Origin: Octopus sinensis
Taxonomy: Eukaryota
Direction: 5' to 3'
Length of the DNA: 64,000 nt
Assembly (NCBI RefSeq): GCF_006345805.1
Contig: NC_043022.1
Coordinates: forward strand, 930,001-994,000
Of the stretch, positions 1 through 11,084 are shown in pieces. The translations under genes and the position numbers were made by a program. Within the stretch, counting starts at the first letter, position 1; each line of letters starts with the position of its first letter. The notes below the pieces were generated by a model that worked only from the letters and a program-made list of their open reading frames with translations, did no database searches and had not been told where the DNA came from.

Positions 1-52
1 GACTGAAAGTCGGACCTGAAAAGGAGAGACATCGCTCAGAATGGATCAACTG
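1..52 (+). CDS. MRPL44: MRPL44 coding exon A (5'-truncated by window edge)
   Basis: Frame from nt 3 reads LKVGPEKERHRSEWIN-W and ends TG|gtgaga (phase 2). It resembles the human mL44 segment PPPVRRSEKPNW as recalled, and joins exon B in frame. Confidence 0.9.
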
Positions 53-189
53 GTGAGATTCTGTTACTTGGCTGTTGTTGTTTATAGAAGGGATGGGGTT
101 GTGTAGTGGCTGCGTGGTTAACATGTTTACTTCATAGTCATAAGGTTCTGAGTTCGATCCCACAGATATTTCCTATCATGACTTTAGAT

Positions 190-315
190 CAGTGGTTCTC
201 AACTGGGGTCCACATGGCCCTTGAATGGGGTACCATGTAAGATTTTGTTGTTAAAATTTATATGAAATAAATTGGCTATAATTCTACAATACACAAAATA
301 TTTTTAACAATTTTT
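190..315 (+). mobile_element. hAT-type MITE, left end, interrupted by a SINE
   Basis: Starts CAGTGGTTCTCAAC (Charlie/MER5-like TIR start); related to the element at 58355-58940. Confidence 0.55.
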
Positions 316-321
316 TTTATA

Positions 322-706
322 AGGCGCAGGAGTGGCTGTGTGGTAAGTAGCTTGTTTACCAACCACATGGTTCCGGGTTCAGTCCCACTGCATGGAACCT
401 TGGGCAAGTGTCTTCTACTATAGCCTCGGGCCAACCAAAGTGGATTTGGTAGATGGAAACTGAAAGAAGCCCGTCGTATATATTGTATATATATATGCGT
501 GTGTGTGTTTGTGTGAGTGTGTGTCCCTAGCATCGCTTGACAACTGATGCTGGTGTGTTTATGTCCCCATCACTTAGCGGTTCGGGAAAAGAGACCGATA
601 GAATAAGTACTGGGCTTACAAAGAATAAGTCCCGGGGTCGATTTGCTCGACTAAAGGTGGTGCTCCACCATGGACGCAATCAAATGACTGAAAAGAGTAA
701 GAGTAA
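322..706 (+). mobile_element. SINE family A (tRNA head + CORE-like block + internal microsatellite + 3' module), full length
   Basis: A-box-like TGGCTGTGTGG, B-box-like GGTTCAGTCC, CORE-like ACCTTGGGCAAGTGTCTT, (TA/TG)n spacer, 3' module ending GAGTAA repeats. More than 30 copies or fragments in the window, e.g. 809-970, 2145-2705, 13125-13290, 23505-23805, 32093-32410, 46985-47150, 53245-53570 (+); 3680-4020, 4800-5080, 9340-9500, 19530-19665, 21415-21575, 26070-26265, 30170-30330, 33130-33285, 37740-37890, 41330-41540, 41872-42030, 47555-47685 (-). Confidence 0.9.
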
Positions 707-1186
707 GGCAGCGAGCTGGCAGAAACGTTAGCACACTGGGCGAAGTGCTCAGCAGTATTTTGTCTGTCTATGATTTGAGTTCAAATTTTGCTGAGGTCGA
801 CTTTGCATAGGCGTAGGTGTGGCTGTGTGGTAAGTAGCTTGCTTACCAACCACATGGTTCTGGGTTCAGTCCCACTACATGGCACCTTGGGCAAGTGTCT
901 TCTGCTATAGCCTCAGGCCGACCAAAGCCTTGTGAGTGGATTTGGTTGACGGAAACTGAAAGAAGCCACTCCTACGCCTATGACTGCCTTTACTTCTTGA
1001 GTCCATTCTGACCTAAGCTGGTGCCACATATAAAGCACCCATTACACTCTGTAAAGTGGTTGATGTTAGGAAAGGCATCTGGCTATAGAAACTATGCCAG
1101 AATAGACAATTGGGGCCTGGTGCAGCCCTTCAGCTTGCCAGCTCCTATCAAACTGTCCAACCCATGCCTGTATGGAAAAAAAGATG

Positions 1187-1413
1187 TTAACCCTTTAGTA
1201 TTTAAACCGGCCATATCTGGCCAAAATATTTAATCTGTTTTATGTTCAAACTGACCAGATCCAGGCTCTCACACCTACCCTACAATGTTATTCTACATTA
1301 AGTAATTACACCATCAAGATCTTGAAGATATGAGATAATGCATGATTAATTCAAATCAATGGGAATCAATAGGCATTATGTTTGATAGAATAATCAGAAC
1401 ACTAAAGGGTTAA
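1187..1413. mobile_element. piggyBac-like MITE (TTAA-flanked)
   Basis: TTAA|CCCTTTAG...CTAAAGGG|TTAA. Further partial copies near 30940-31290, 33637-33720, 34600-34675, 35369-35560, 45250-45440. Confidence 0.8.
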
Positions 1414-1699
1414 ATAATAATAAAGATGATGATGATTTTGGTGGTGCTGAAGAAGAAGATAAAACAAGTAAACTATTTGGGTCAGATGTGGCTTGTTTAA
1501 ATGCTAAAAGGTTAAAGGAGGAAGAAATTATTAATGAGTTGCTGGAAGTTGTCCAATGTGTGATGGAATCTGGTGCCAAACGCCACAACAAGTAAGCTTA
1601 ATGCAATAATATCCGGCTGATTAGCTGTTAGCCACCAGTAACACTTGCTGTTTATCATTGTACTGACTGACATTATAGATATGGTTGTTAGTGAAGGAG

Positions 1700-1980
1700 C
1701 ATGGCTTCGTGCTTAAGGTATTCAGCTCATGATTGGAAGGGCATGAGTTCAATTCTCAGCAGGGTATTGTGTCCTTGAGCAAGACACTTTATTTTACACA
1801 GCTCCAGTCTACTCAGCTGGCAAAAATGAATTGTACCTGTAATTCAAAAGGGCCGGCCTTTTCACCTTCTGTGTCATGCTGATCCTCCTTGAACTACGTT
1901 AAGGGTACATGTGTCTGTGGAGTACTCAGCCACTTGCACATTAATTTCATGAGCAGGCTGTTCCATTGATCGGAACGCCA
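1700..1980 (+). mobile_element. SINE family E (tRNA head + GTGTCCTTGAGCAAGACAC block)
   Basis: Degenerate A and B boxes followed by a conserved central block. Related copies at 13310-13590, 32722-32900 (+) and 3130-3290, 14100-14350, 29610-29745, 34960-35120, 47865-47955, 60830-60995 (-). Confidence 0.75.
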
Positions 1981-4084
1981 GTTAGATATGGTTGTTTGTT
2001 ATGATAATAACAATGAAAGCGATGATGAAGATGAAGCAGGTCAGGCTGTAAGACTGGTGCTGACGAGTTCAGATGTAATCAAAGGAGTTGAGTAACGTCA
2101 CATCATGATGGAACAAGAGGTAATAAATCATTGTCGAGTACCATAGGCGTAGGAGTGGCTGTGTGGTAAGTAGCTTGCTTATGAACCACATGGTTCTGGG
2201 TTCAGTCCCACTGCGTGGGGCAAGCGTCTTCTACTATAGCCTCGGGCCGACCAAATCCTTGTGAGTGGATTTCGTAGACGGAAACTGAAAGAAGCCCATC
2301 GTATATATGTGTGATGGCTGTGTGGTTAGGGAGCTTGCTTCCTAGCTACATTGTTTCGGGTTCAGTCCCACTGTGTGGCACTTTGGGTAGATGTCTTCCG
2401 CTATAGCCCCGAGCTGACCGGAGCTTTGTGATTGAATTCGGTAGGCGGAAGTTACTGCCGTGTGTGTATGTGTGCGTGTAGGTGCTTGTGCCTCTCCGAA
2501 AGAGGGAGAGGGATATATGTGTTTGTTCCCCCAACATCACTTGACAACCAATGCTGGTGTGTTTACGTCCCCGTCACTTAGCGGTTCGGCAAAAGAGACT
2601 GATAGAATAAGTACTTGGCTTACAAAGAATACGTCCTGGGGTCGATTTGCTCGACTAAAGGCGGTGCCCCAGCATGGCCACAGTCAGATGACTGAAACAA
2701 GTAAAATTATGCAGGATACAAGCTGTGCAAGATCACTTGGTTGAAATACTTGGAAAAAGCTTATCAAGAATGGAAATTATCAAAGTAATTAAGACTGAAT
2801 CTGAAAGTCCTGGGAGTCTTCGACTATATTAAGTTCCCCAAGTTCAAGTTCATCATCAGATGTAGTCCCAGGAATTTTTTGAAGGGAGGGCACATGGTCA
2901 GAAGGGAATACAGTTCCAGGAGCAAAAGGGTGTAATAACACTATTGAGAAGGGCTCACTTCTTTTCTCGAGTGGGGTACATGCCCTTGATCATTGGGTCC
3001 GCTCCTCATCATCTTCATTGTTTGACATTCACTTTTTATGCTGTATATTATTGTCCTAGGACTCATAGGGCCCAGTAACCCTTTTTCTATGATGTATACG
3101 TGACTGAAGTCACAACATTCCTCCTAAAAGGGAATCCAGTCTGTTGCATGGTTACTCATATACAGCTGAGCGGACTGCAGCAACATGAAATGGAGTGTTT
3201 TGCTCAAGAATACAAAGCACTGCCTGGTCAGGGAATTGAAACCACGATCTTGTAATTGTGAGTGCAACACCACAACCACTTCGCCATGGGTCTTCGCCAG
3301 AGAGAATTGACTGAGGTAGATTTTCCAACGGGGCAAATACTTTTCCTGGTACCAACCCGAACCTGTTTCCAAGCAGGGAAATTACCCTCAATTCGACTGA
3401 ACAATGAACACCCATGGTCAGACCACAAGCTTCTTTTGTTTACAAAAATCACTTCACATCTCAAAAATCCCAGACATGTTTTCTCCGTTGACAGCAAACA
3501 TATGACTCTACCAGTATTAATAGATGAATGGAGCCTGGTGCAGTCATCCGGTTCGCCAGTCCTCAGTCAATCCCTCCAACCCATGCCAGCATGGAAGGCA
3601 GACGTTAAACAATGATGATGATGAGGAGGAGGAGGAATCACAAAAAAACATGCACGTGCTCAAACACACACACACATCTTTTACTTGTTTTGGTCATCAG
3701 CTGTGGCCATGCTGGGGTACCGTCTAGAAGAATTTTAGTCTAACGAATCATGCTCAGTACTTATTGTTGGTCCCTTTTGCCAAACCACTAAGTGATAGGG
3801 ATGTAAACGCACCAACACCAGTTGTCAAGCAGTGATAGTGGTGGACAAACACTCGCATGCACACACACACAACGGGCTTCTTTTGGTTTCTATCTACCAA
3901 ATCTACTGACAAGCCGGAGGTTTAGGTAGAAGACTCTTACCCAAGGTTTTGCACAGTGGGACTGAACCCCAAACCATGTAGTTGAAACACAAACTTCTTA
4001 TCACCCAGGCATGCCTATATATCTAGATTATATCCATCCCACACACGTACACACATGCATGCTTTCAGGTTTACGTCTGCTTCA

Positions 4085-4445
4085 TGGCACCTTGAGTAAA
4101 CGTCTTCTGTCAGTGACCTGAGCCAACCAAGATCACGTGGGTGGATTTGGTGAACAGACACTGAAAGACGCCTAACTTGTGTGGGTGTGTTAGTATCTCC
4201 TTGCTTTGACATGAGGCGGTGGTTGTGAGCAAGTGACGCTGTCGTGCAGGTGATGTCAGTCGTTTTCGGTCTGCTGTGGAAACGTGTCTGACCATGGAGA
4301 AAACTATTTACCTTACCTGGAAACAGGTGAGGTTTAACAACAGGAAGGGCCTCCAGGTATAAAAAACCTGCTTCAACGAATTCCATCTGACCCATGCAAG
4401 TATGGAAAAGTGGATGTTAATACAATGATGATGATGATGACGATG
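4085..4445 (+). mobile_element. SINE/LINE-tail family G with (GAT)n tail
   Basis: Ends GGATGTTAA...GATGATGATG like family C but has a different body. Related pieces at 5265-5460, 31845-32040, 35140-35340, 43070-43280 (-) and 47150-47390 (+). Confidence 0.6.
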
Positions 4446-4874
4446 GAATAAATTTCAATTTAAAATGATTTTCACAACTTTGTGTGTTAGTAAAATGAGT
4501 AGACAACTCATTAATTTATTAATTAAATTTAAATTTATTTCAAGAAATTAATTTAAGTCAATTTATTGAATTCAACAGCTTTGGTAATAATCATGCATTA
4601 TCTCATAACTTTGAGACTTTGATGATGTCATCATCATTTAATGCCCATTGTCCACGCTGGCATGGGTTGGATGGTTTGACTGGAGCTGATAAGCTGCGGG
4701 GCTGCACCAGACTCCAGTCTGATTTGGCATGGTTTCTACAGCTGGATGCCCTTCCTAATGCCAACCACTCCAAGAGTGTAGTGGGTGCTTTTATGTGCCA
4801 GCAATGGGGGGGGACAAACACAGACACACAAACATATACATATATATGTACATATGTATATATATGTGTGTGTG

Positions 4875-4915
<41 letters not shown>

Positions 4916-5939
4916 GACAGGCTTCTTTCAGTTTCCATCTACCAAATCCACTCACAAGGTTTTGGTCAGCCTGAGACTTATAGTAAGACACTTGCTAGAG
5001 GTGCCACGCAGTGGGACTGAACTCAGAGCCATGTGGTTGTGAAGCAAGTTTCTTACTACACAACCACGCCTGCGCCTATATATATATATATATATATATG
5101 GCTTTTATTTTTTCCTCTTATTTTCCCTTCCTGTAACCAAACCATTTTTTACGGATTCTTATAAATGGTACAGTATGACTTACTTCCCTTGAGCTATAGA
5201 AACATTTGCTATCTTTCTCAATCTGTCCTTGATGATGCACACACGCATGGACAAGCACCGTTGTTTTTAACGTCCACTTTTCCATGCTTGCATGGGTTAG
5301 AAGGAATTTGCTGTGGCAAATTTTCTACTGACGGATGCCCTTCCTGTCGCCAACGCTCACCTGTTTCCAAGTAAAGTGATGTTTCCCCAGATCCAGATAG
5401 GTTTTTCACAGGACACCACTTTCATGATGGTAACACTCATTTACAAGGGGACAGACACACACACACACATACATGTGGTAAGGAGCTTGCTGCCCAACCA
5501 CACGGTTTAGGGTTCAGTCCTACTGGGTAGCACCTTGGGCCGACCAGAGCCTTGTGATTGTATTTCACAGACGGAAACTGAGAGAATCCCATTGTGTGTA
5601 TTTGTATATATATATATATATATATATATCATTGCTATTATGCAAAAAATATCACAAGTGCAAAACATTTCTTTTTCAGAAAATGAAGTAATAGTCTTAC
5701 CATTCCATAGCAAAACCATTGTATTCAACTAAAGGTGGTGCTCCATTATGGCCGCAGTCAAATGACTGAAACAAATAAAAGAATACATCATCATCATCAT
5801 CATCATAACAGTATCCAAAAAGTGGCTGCTGGGACCAAGAGCTCCGTATGTTTGATAAGTGCTAACACATGAAACTCTTGGCTCTTAAGTCACTCTATTG
5901 CTTCAGCTCATCATATGGACATTCTTTTATATTTTGCTC

Positions 5940-6255
5940 TTTTACTGGTTTCAGTCATTTGACTGTGGCCATGCTGGAGCACTGCCTTTGGGGTGTTTAT
6001 GTTATGGGGAACATAAACACCCCAACATTTATTGTCGAGTGATGGTAGGGGGACAAATACAAACGCATGTACATACATATATATATATATATACGATGAG
6101 CTTCTTTCAGTTTCCCTGTACCAAATCCACTCACAAGGCTTTGGTCAGACGAAGGATATAGAAGACACTTGCCCAAGGTGCCACACAATGTGACTGAACC
6201 TGGAACCATGTGGTTGAGAAGCAAGCTTCTTACCACACAGCCACTCCTGCACCTG
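5940..6255 (-). mobile_element. SINE family A, full length
   Basis: Reverse-complement match to 322-706. Confidence 0.85.
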
Positions 6256-6464
6256 TGTGTTTCTACAAAAGTTTTGTTTTCCCCATCAAGCATCTTCCTA
6301 ATCAGCTAAAAAGGACCAATCAATAGTTTTTCCCCAGTATATTTACAATTTGGGTTTTAATTGGGTTAAATATCCAATTTTGGACATCTGACCTTAGAAC
6401 TTACAAACCTTTGCTTTTCATAGAATGTAACATGTTTTTTTTTTAATTCCATTTATTCCTTTAG

Positions 6465-6551
6465 GAATTATGATGCAGAAATTTATGCTTTTGGCAAAAG
6501 ACTGGGAGAAGAGTTCAGTGAAAACACACTGCGGATTATATTCACAGATAA
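6465..6551 (+). CDS. MRPL44: MRPL44 coding exon B (87 nt)
   Basis: cctttag|G...GATAA|gtaagt; (W)NYDAEIYAFGKRLGEEFSENTLRIIFTD(K), compared with human [29 protein letters not shown]. Confidence 0.95.
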
Positions 6552-6562
6552 GTAAGTCTGAT

Positions 6563-6993
6563 TTACATTATTTACATTCGACAGATATTTGTCCTCATCT
6601 TGTCTGTAAATACGTTTCAGCTGATATACCCTCCAGCCTTCTTCAGGTGTTTTGGGGAAATTTCGAACCTGAGTTCTCATTCCTAAGGTAGTTTTTGATG
6701 TTATCATTGTTATTATTGTTGTTGTTCAGGTCACTACTCGTAATTTGGGGGTTAGTGGCCCGTGCTCTTAACCACTACGCCATATGCCCGTGGGCATATC
6801 AAAAAATGCCTTAGGAGTAATACCATCGAAAAATACCTTAGGAATGAGAACCCAGGTCTGAAATTTCCCCAAGACACCTGAAGAAGGCTGGAGGGTATAT
6901 CAGCCGAAACGTTGTGTTAAGAAACAAGATGAGGACAAATATCCATCAAATGTAAATAATGGACATAATTCCTCATCTCTTAAATATAGAACT
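6563..6993. mobile_element. Composite insertion: (-) tRNA-like head with Penelope-type tail, head-to-head with a (+) Penelope-type tail; both tails carry hammerhead-like cores
   Basis: Inverted arms about 6563-6700 and 6825-6970, central palindrome ATATGCCC-GT-GGGCATAT (6782-6799), A-box TGGCGTAGTGG on (-) at 6772-6782, 11-bp flanking direct repeat GTAAGTCTGAT (6552-6562, 6994-7004). Confidence 0.8.
6873..6918 (+). ncRNA. Minimal type I hammerhead ribozyme-like motif (Penelope pLTR type)
   Basis: Stem I GACAC (6873-77)/GUGUU (6914-18); CUGAAGA (6878-84) plus an extra A; stem II GGCUG/CAGCC; GAAA (6906-09); palindromic ACGU; predicted GUU cleavage after 6913. Activity is untested. Confidence 0.65.
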
Positions 6994-7233
6994 GTAAGTC
7001 TGATGCAGTTTTGCATATATGTGTGTTCTTTTATCTGTTTCTTTCGTTGGACTGTGGTCAAGCTGGAGTAATCACTTTGAAAAGAATTAGTCCAGCAAAT
7101 CGACAGCAGTGCTTACTACTAAGCCTATTACTTATTCAATCAGTCTTTTGCTAAGTTATAGAGATGTAAACAAACCAACATTGGTTGTCAAGCAACAGGT
7201 AGGACAAACACGAAGACAATACACGCACAAACA

Positions 7234-7236
<3 letters not shown>

Positions 7237-7294
<58 letters not shown>
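7237..7294. repeat. (TA)n microsatellite
   Basis: Pure TA run. Confidence 0.95.
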
Positions 7295-7296
<2 letters not shown>

Positions 7297-7319
7297 TGGC
7301 CAATGCCAGTATTTCGTAA

Positions 7320-7470
7320 TTGGCACCTGTGGTGGTGCCATGTAAAAAGCACCCACTACACTCTTGGAGTGGTTGATGTTAGAAAGGGCATCCAGCCAGA
7401 GAAACTGTACCAAATCAGATTGGAACCTTGTGCAGCTTACCAGTTTTCAGTCAACCCATCCAACCCATGC
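7320..7470 (+). mobile_element. SINE family C (GGAAGGGCATCCAGC block, normally with a (GAT)n tail)
   Basis: Recurrent body AAAAGCACCCACTACACTC...GGAAGGGCATCCAGCTGTAGAAAC. Copies at 1015-1190, 3520-3625, 13840-14015, 22430-22625, 41560-41870 (+) and 4625-4800, 9155-9240, 21578-21990, 22638-22990, 25205-25730, 28350-28560, 28915-29300, 30743-30940, 34452-34600, 40897-41050, 46665-46960, 59225-59645 (-). Confidence 0.85.
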
Positions 7471-7640
7471 TTTAAAACAAAATCTGAGGGGTGCCTCACT
7501 CCCAGTGGTCTTATGCTGGACACTGACCTGGATCTGAGGGCCCATGCTTTTAGCTAGGTTTGAACTTACAACCTCTATGTATATCAATAGCTTCCATGTC
7601 TAAACTGTTATTATTCTTATTTTAAATTTCTCTTTCCCAG

Positions 7641-7741
7641 GTCCTACATCGAGAAGGACAAGGCTCGGCGCCAAGAGCTGGGCGTTGACCAAGATGTTGT
7701 TGCTCTTGAATTGGTTGACAATGGAGAAATGGCAGCAGAAG
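7641..7741 (+). CDS. MRPL44: MRPL44 coding exon C (101 nt)
   Basis: tttcccag|G...GAAG|gttagt; SYIEKDKARRQELGVDQDVVALELVDNGEMAAE(G), compared with human CYIKSEEAKRQQLG...NQELSEQG (degenerate RNase III signature). Confidence 0.95.
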
Positions 7742-7904
7742 GTTAGTGCATTGTGGGTGTGTGTGCATGCTTGTACACGCATGTATAGGTATGTATATGT
7801 GTGTGTGAGTGTTTATATATATATGTGTGTGTATGTATATATGTGTGTATATATATGTGTGTGTGAGTGTGTATATATGTATTTATATATATGTGTGTGT
7901 GCGT

Positions 7905-8110
7905 TGACCGCGTGTGTGTCGTTGGCGATTTTCTTTCTCCATCTTCCCTTCCTTGGATCTTTCCTTTTTCTATGTTTCTGACAAAGAGTTCCACTCAAAA
8001 CGTTAAACCCTCCTTCTTCCTTTCCTTCCCTGAGCGTCTAATAATACTATACTTGTTCCCTTGTCCTCGCGTTGTGTTTTCTCTTTGAGTTTTCATGTTT
8101 GGATTAACTA
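7905..8110 (+). mobile_element. Penelope-like pLTR remnant with a decayed hammerhead core
   Basis: Pyrimidine-rich segment containing GTTT-CTGACAA-AGAGT-TCC-ACTC-AAAA-CGTT-AAAC (7974-8008). Related pieces near 9240-9325 and 17780-18300 (+), 16240-16520 and 28575-28790 (-). Confidence 0.5.
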
Positions 8111-10056
8111 TATATATACACTACCATTAAAAACCCGTCGTTGCCGGGTCATAGTACTAGTGCATGTATATATGTGTATATATTACATGTACATCTATAT
8201 ATATACATCTACACATAAAATACAAAATACAAAGTTATATCTTGATATCGCTAGTGATAATAATACTCAAAATATATAACAGACTGGAATTGTTAGCCCG
8301 TCTCTTGTAATTTCGATCAATTGGATCTTGTCCTCCCTCTTGTATAGAAGTGTGGCTACAATCCAGCCTACCTCTACTTCTGATGGGGGGGGGGGGGGGC
8401 ATTTAAAACTTCTTTCTGGGACGTCCTACGTCCTAGATATAAAGGTAAAATAAAATATTTCCACTTTGCAAGTTCGAGTCGAGTACTCCCTGGCATGCTC
8501 CGTTGACTCGAACCTTGCTTCTATTGTGGCGAATTTACTGCCTCTGATTAGATATTTTTCATAGTTGCACCAAGACACTTTTCGAACGTGCTTTCCTCCT
8601 TGTGTTCAAATCTTTTTTCTCTACATTGTATACTTTATAGACAATAGTCTTTTCTTTAATTTAATTTTTTATTATCCATCTGGACTATTCCATTTCTGCA
8701 CGCTAATTTTATTTTTAATTTATTCCCATTCATGTGAAACCACTTATTCAAGTTCAAGTCATTGATGCAATTTTATACCAATTACTATTTTTACTTTTAT
8801 GTTACGATTATATGATACTTTAGTTTGATTTTAATTATTACTTACTACATATAATTCAATTGTTATTATTATTTTTATTGTTAAACTATCTGACATAAAA
8901 TAGAGAAATGTTTTTGTTTTACTTTTAACACGTGAAATAGTGGAGAAGATATGATATTGCTATGGGCTCGCTCTAGGCAAGAAGTTGAACTTTTTTTTTA
9001 CCCATGAAACTACATGGACCCTAAGTAAGGCATGTGTAAAATTTGAATGAAATTGGTTGTGTAGTTCTCAAGTTTTAGGGAAACACACAGACAGACACAC
9101 ACACATTCTCAGTTTTATATATATAATGATATATATATGTGTGTATATGTATATATCATCATCATCATCGTTTAACGTCCGCTTTCCATGCTGGCATGGG
9201 TTGGACGATTTGACTGAAGTCTGGCGAAACCAGATGGCTTTTCCATTCTTCCCAAACATCAGACTAATACACCTGCTTGTTCTTCTTTCACCTGTCTTGG
9301 TCTTTTGCTTTCTGTAAATTTGAACTACACACACACACACACACACATACACAAGCTTCTTTCATTTTCCGCCTAACAGATCCACTCACAAAGCTTTGGT
9401 TGGCATGGGGCTGTACAAGAAAACACTTGCGCTAGGTGCCACACGGTGAGACTGAACTCAGAACAACGTGGTTGGGAAGCAGGCTTCTTAGCTCATCCTA
9501 TATATATATTAGGCACGTGCCATCAGTAATTACTCATGGTAGGCAGTTGGTGACGTTTATGCGGTAAAACATGCAAAAAAATAAATGAAAAACAGCTTTG
9601 TGACTGAGTTGAAGGCAGATTTACTTCTGCCTTTATAGCATGCAAAGAAAACGTTGTTGTAGGAATGTACGCAGCATGTGTACTACAACATTGCTATGCC
9701 TAGCTTAAATACTGAGATTGAAAGGCAGGTGGCAAATTATGCCTTCCTAACCTATAAAAAAAATTAAATATTTTGCATTTTATGCATAGTAATCAGTGTA
9801 ACCTTCATAATTTTATTGAATTAGGTGCATATTTTGCCATAAAAGGGAAATGTTGCTATTGATCTATTTTATTCAGAGTAGGCACTGCCTACCTTGCCTA
9901 CCTAGGCATAACGTCCCTGATAAATATATATATATGTATATGAACAATAACATTTATTACATGTTGGAGAAATTGAATGATGACGATGACAACGATGATG
10001 ATAGGTGTGGTTGTTGTGATGCTTTCTAAAGATTCTTTATCTCTTTACCTTTCCAG

Positions 10057-10132
10057 GTAATTTAATTGCAAGCAGATATATCAAGGCCTTCTTACGATTC
10101 TCATATCCAGCAATGTTTGAAGAAGGAATCTG
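10057..10132 (+). CDS. MRPL44: MRPL44 coding exon D (76 nt)
   Basis: ctttccag|GT...ATCTG|gtaagg; NLIASRYIKAFLRFSYPAMFEEGI(C), compared with human FLEDEYPDMPTEGI. Confidence 0.93.
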
Positions 10133-10319
10133 GTAAGGGCAACCTTGTTATTCTTCTAGGTTATTCCTCATGGAAAGGATATATAGTAATAACTTATACA
10201 GATTATAGAGTTGTGTAGTAATTTACAGAGATCGAGTTCTGTATGTGTGTACATGCATATACACATACATATATATATGTGTATGTATATATATATATAT
10301 ATATATATATTCTTTTATT

Positions 10320-10705
10320 GTTTTATTTGTATCGATCATTTGACTGCAGACATGCTGGAGCACTGCCTTTTAGTTGAAGAAATTGACTCCAGGACTTATT
10401 CTTTGTAAGCCTAGTACCTATTCTATCGGCCTCTTTTACCAAACTACTAAGTTACAAGGATGTAAACACACCAACATCAGTTGTCACCCCTAACCTTAAC
10501 CATGGACAGACACAGACACAAAGACATACGTAAATATATACATATAAATGTATGACAGGCTTCTTTCAGTTTCCATCAACAAAATCCACTCACAAGGCTT
10601 TGGTTGGCCCAAGACTATAGACACTTGCCCAAGGTACCATGCAGTGGGACTGAACCCAGAGCCATGAGGTTGGGAAGCAAGCTTCTTACCACACAGCCAC
10701 GTACA
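10320..10705 (-). mobile_element. SINE family A, full length
   Basis: Reverse-complement match to 322-706. Confidence 0.85.
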
Positions 10706-11084
10706 TATAAGATATATATATAGTGCATGAGTGTACTGTTCATTTGTTGGTGGGACCAGCAAAAGACATATTCACTGTCCGGTGAGAGACGAATGTAATT
10801 TAATGGTTGCAAATGTTATACGTGAGCTACTTCAAGTTTCATGCTCAGCCAGTGCAGTTTGTCAATAGGCTTGTATAGTGTACTGTGCATAAAAGGCCCA
10901 GGGATAACATAATCAACTGAGAAAAAAAAGAGACCTGGCCACAGTTCGAGAGATTGAAAGATTTGATAGAAAAATCAATCTCCTTCAAATCCTACCCTAC
11001 CGTCAAGCTTTACTTTTTTTAGAAACACACATTGTATTATGTAGTCCCAGATACACTTAACCCAAACAGAAAGACTGGATAGGC

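Noticed and set aside
8280-8770. Possible transposon ORF remnant on the minus strand
   Set aside because: Multiple stops and no diagnostic RT, endonuclease or transposase motif that I can identify.
9524-9919. hAT-like MITE (ends ...ACGTCCCTG)
   Set aside because: The left TIR and an 8-bp TSD could not be matched.
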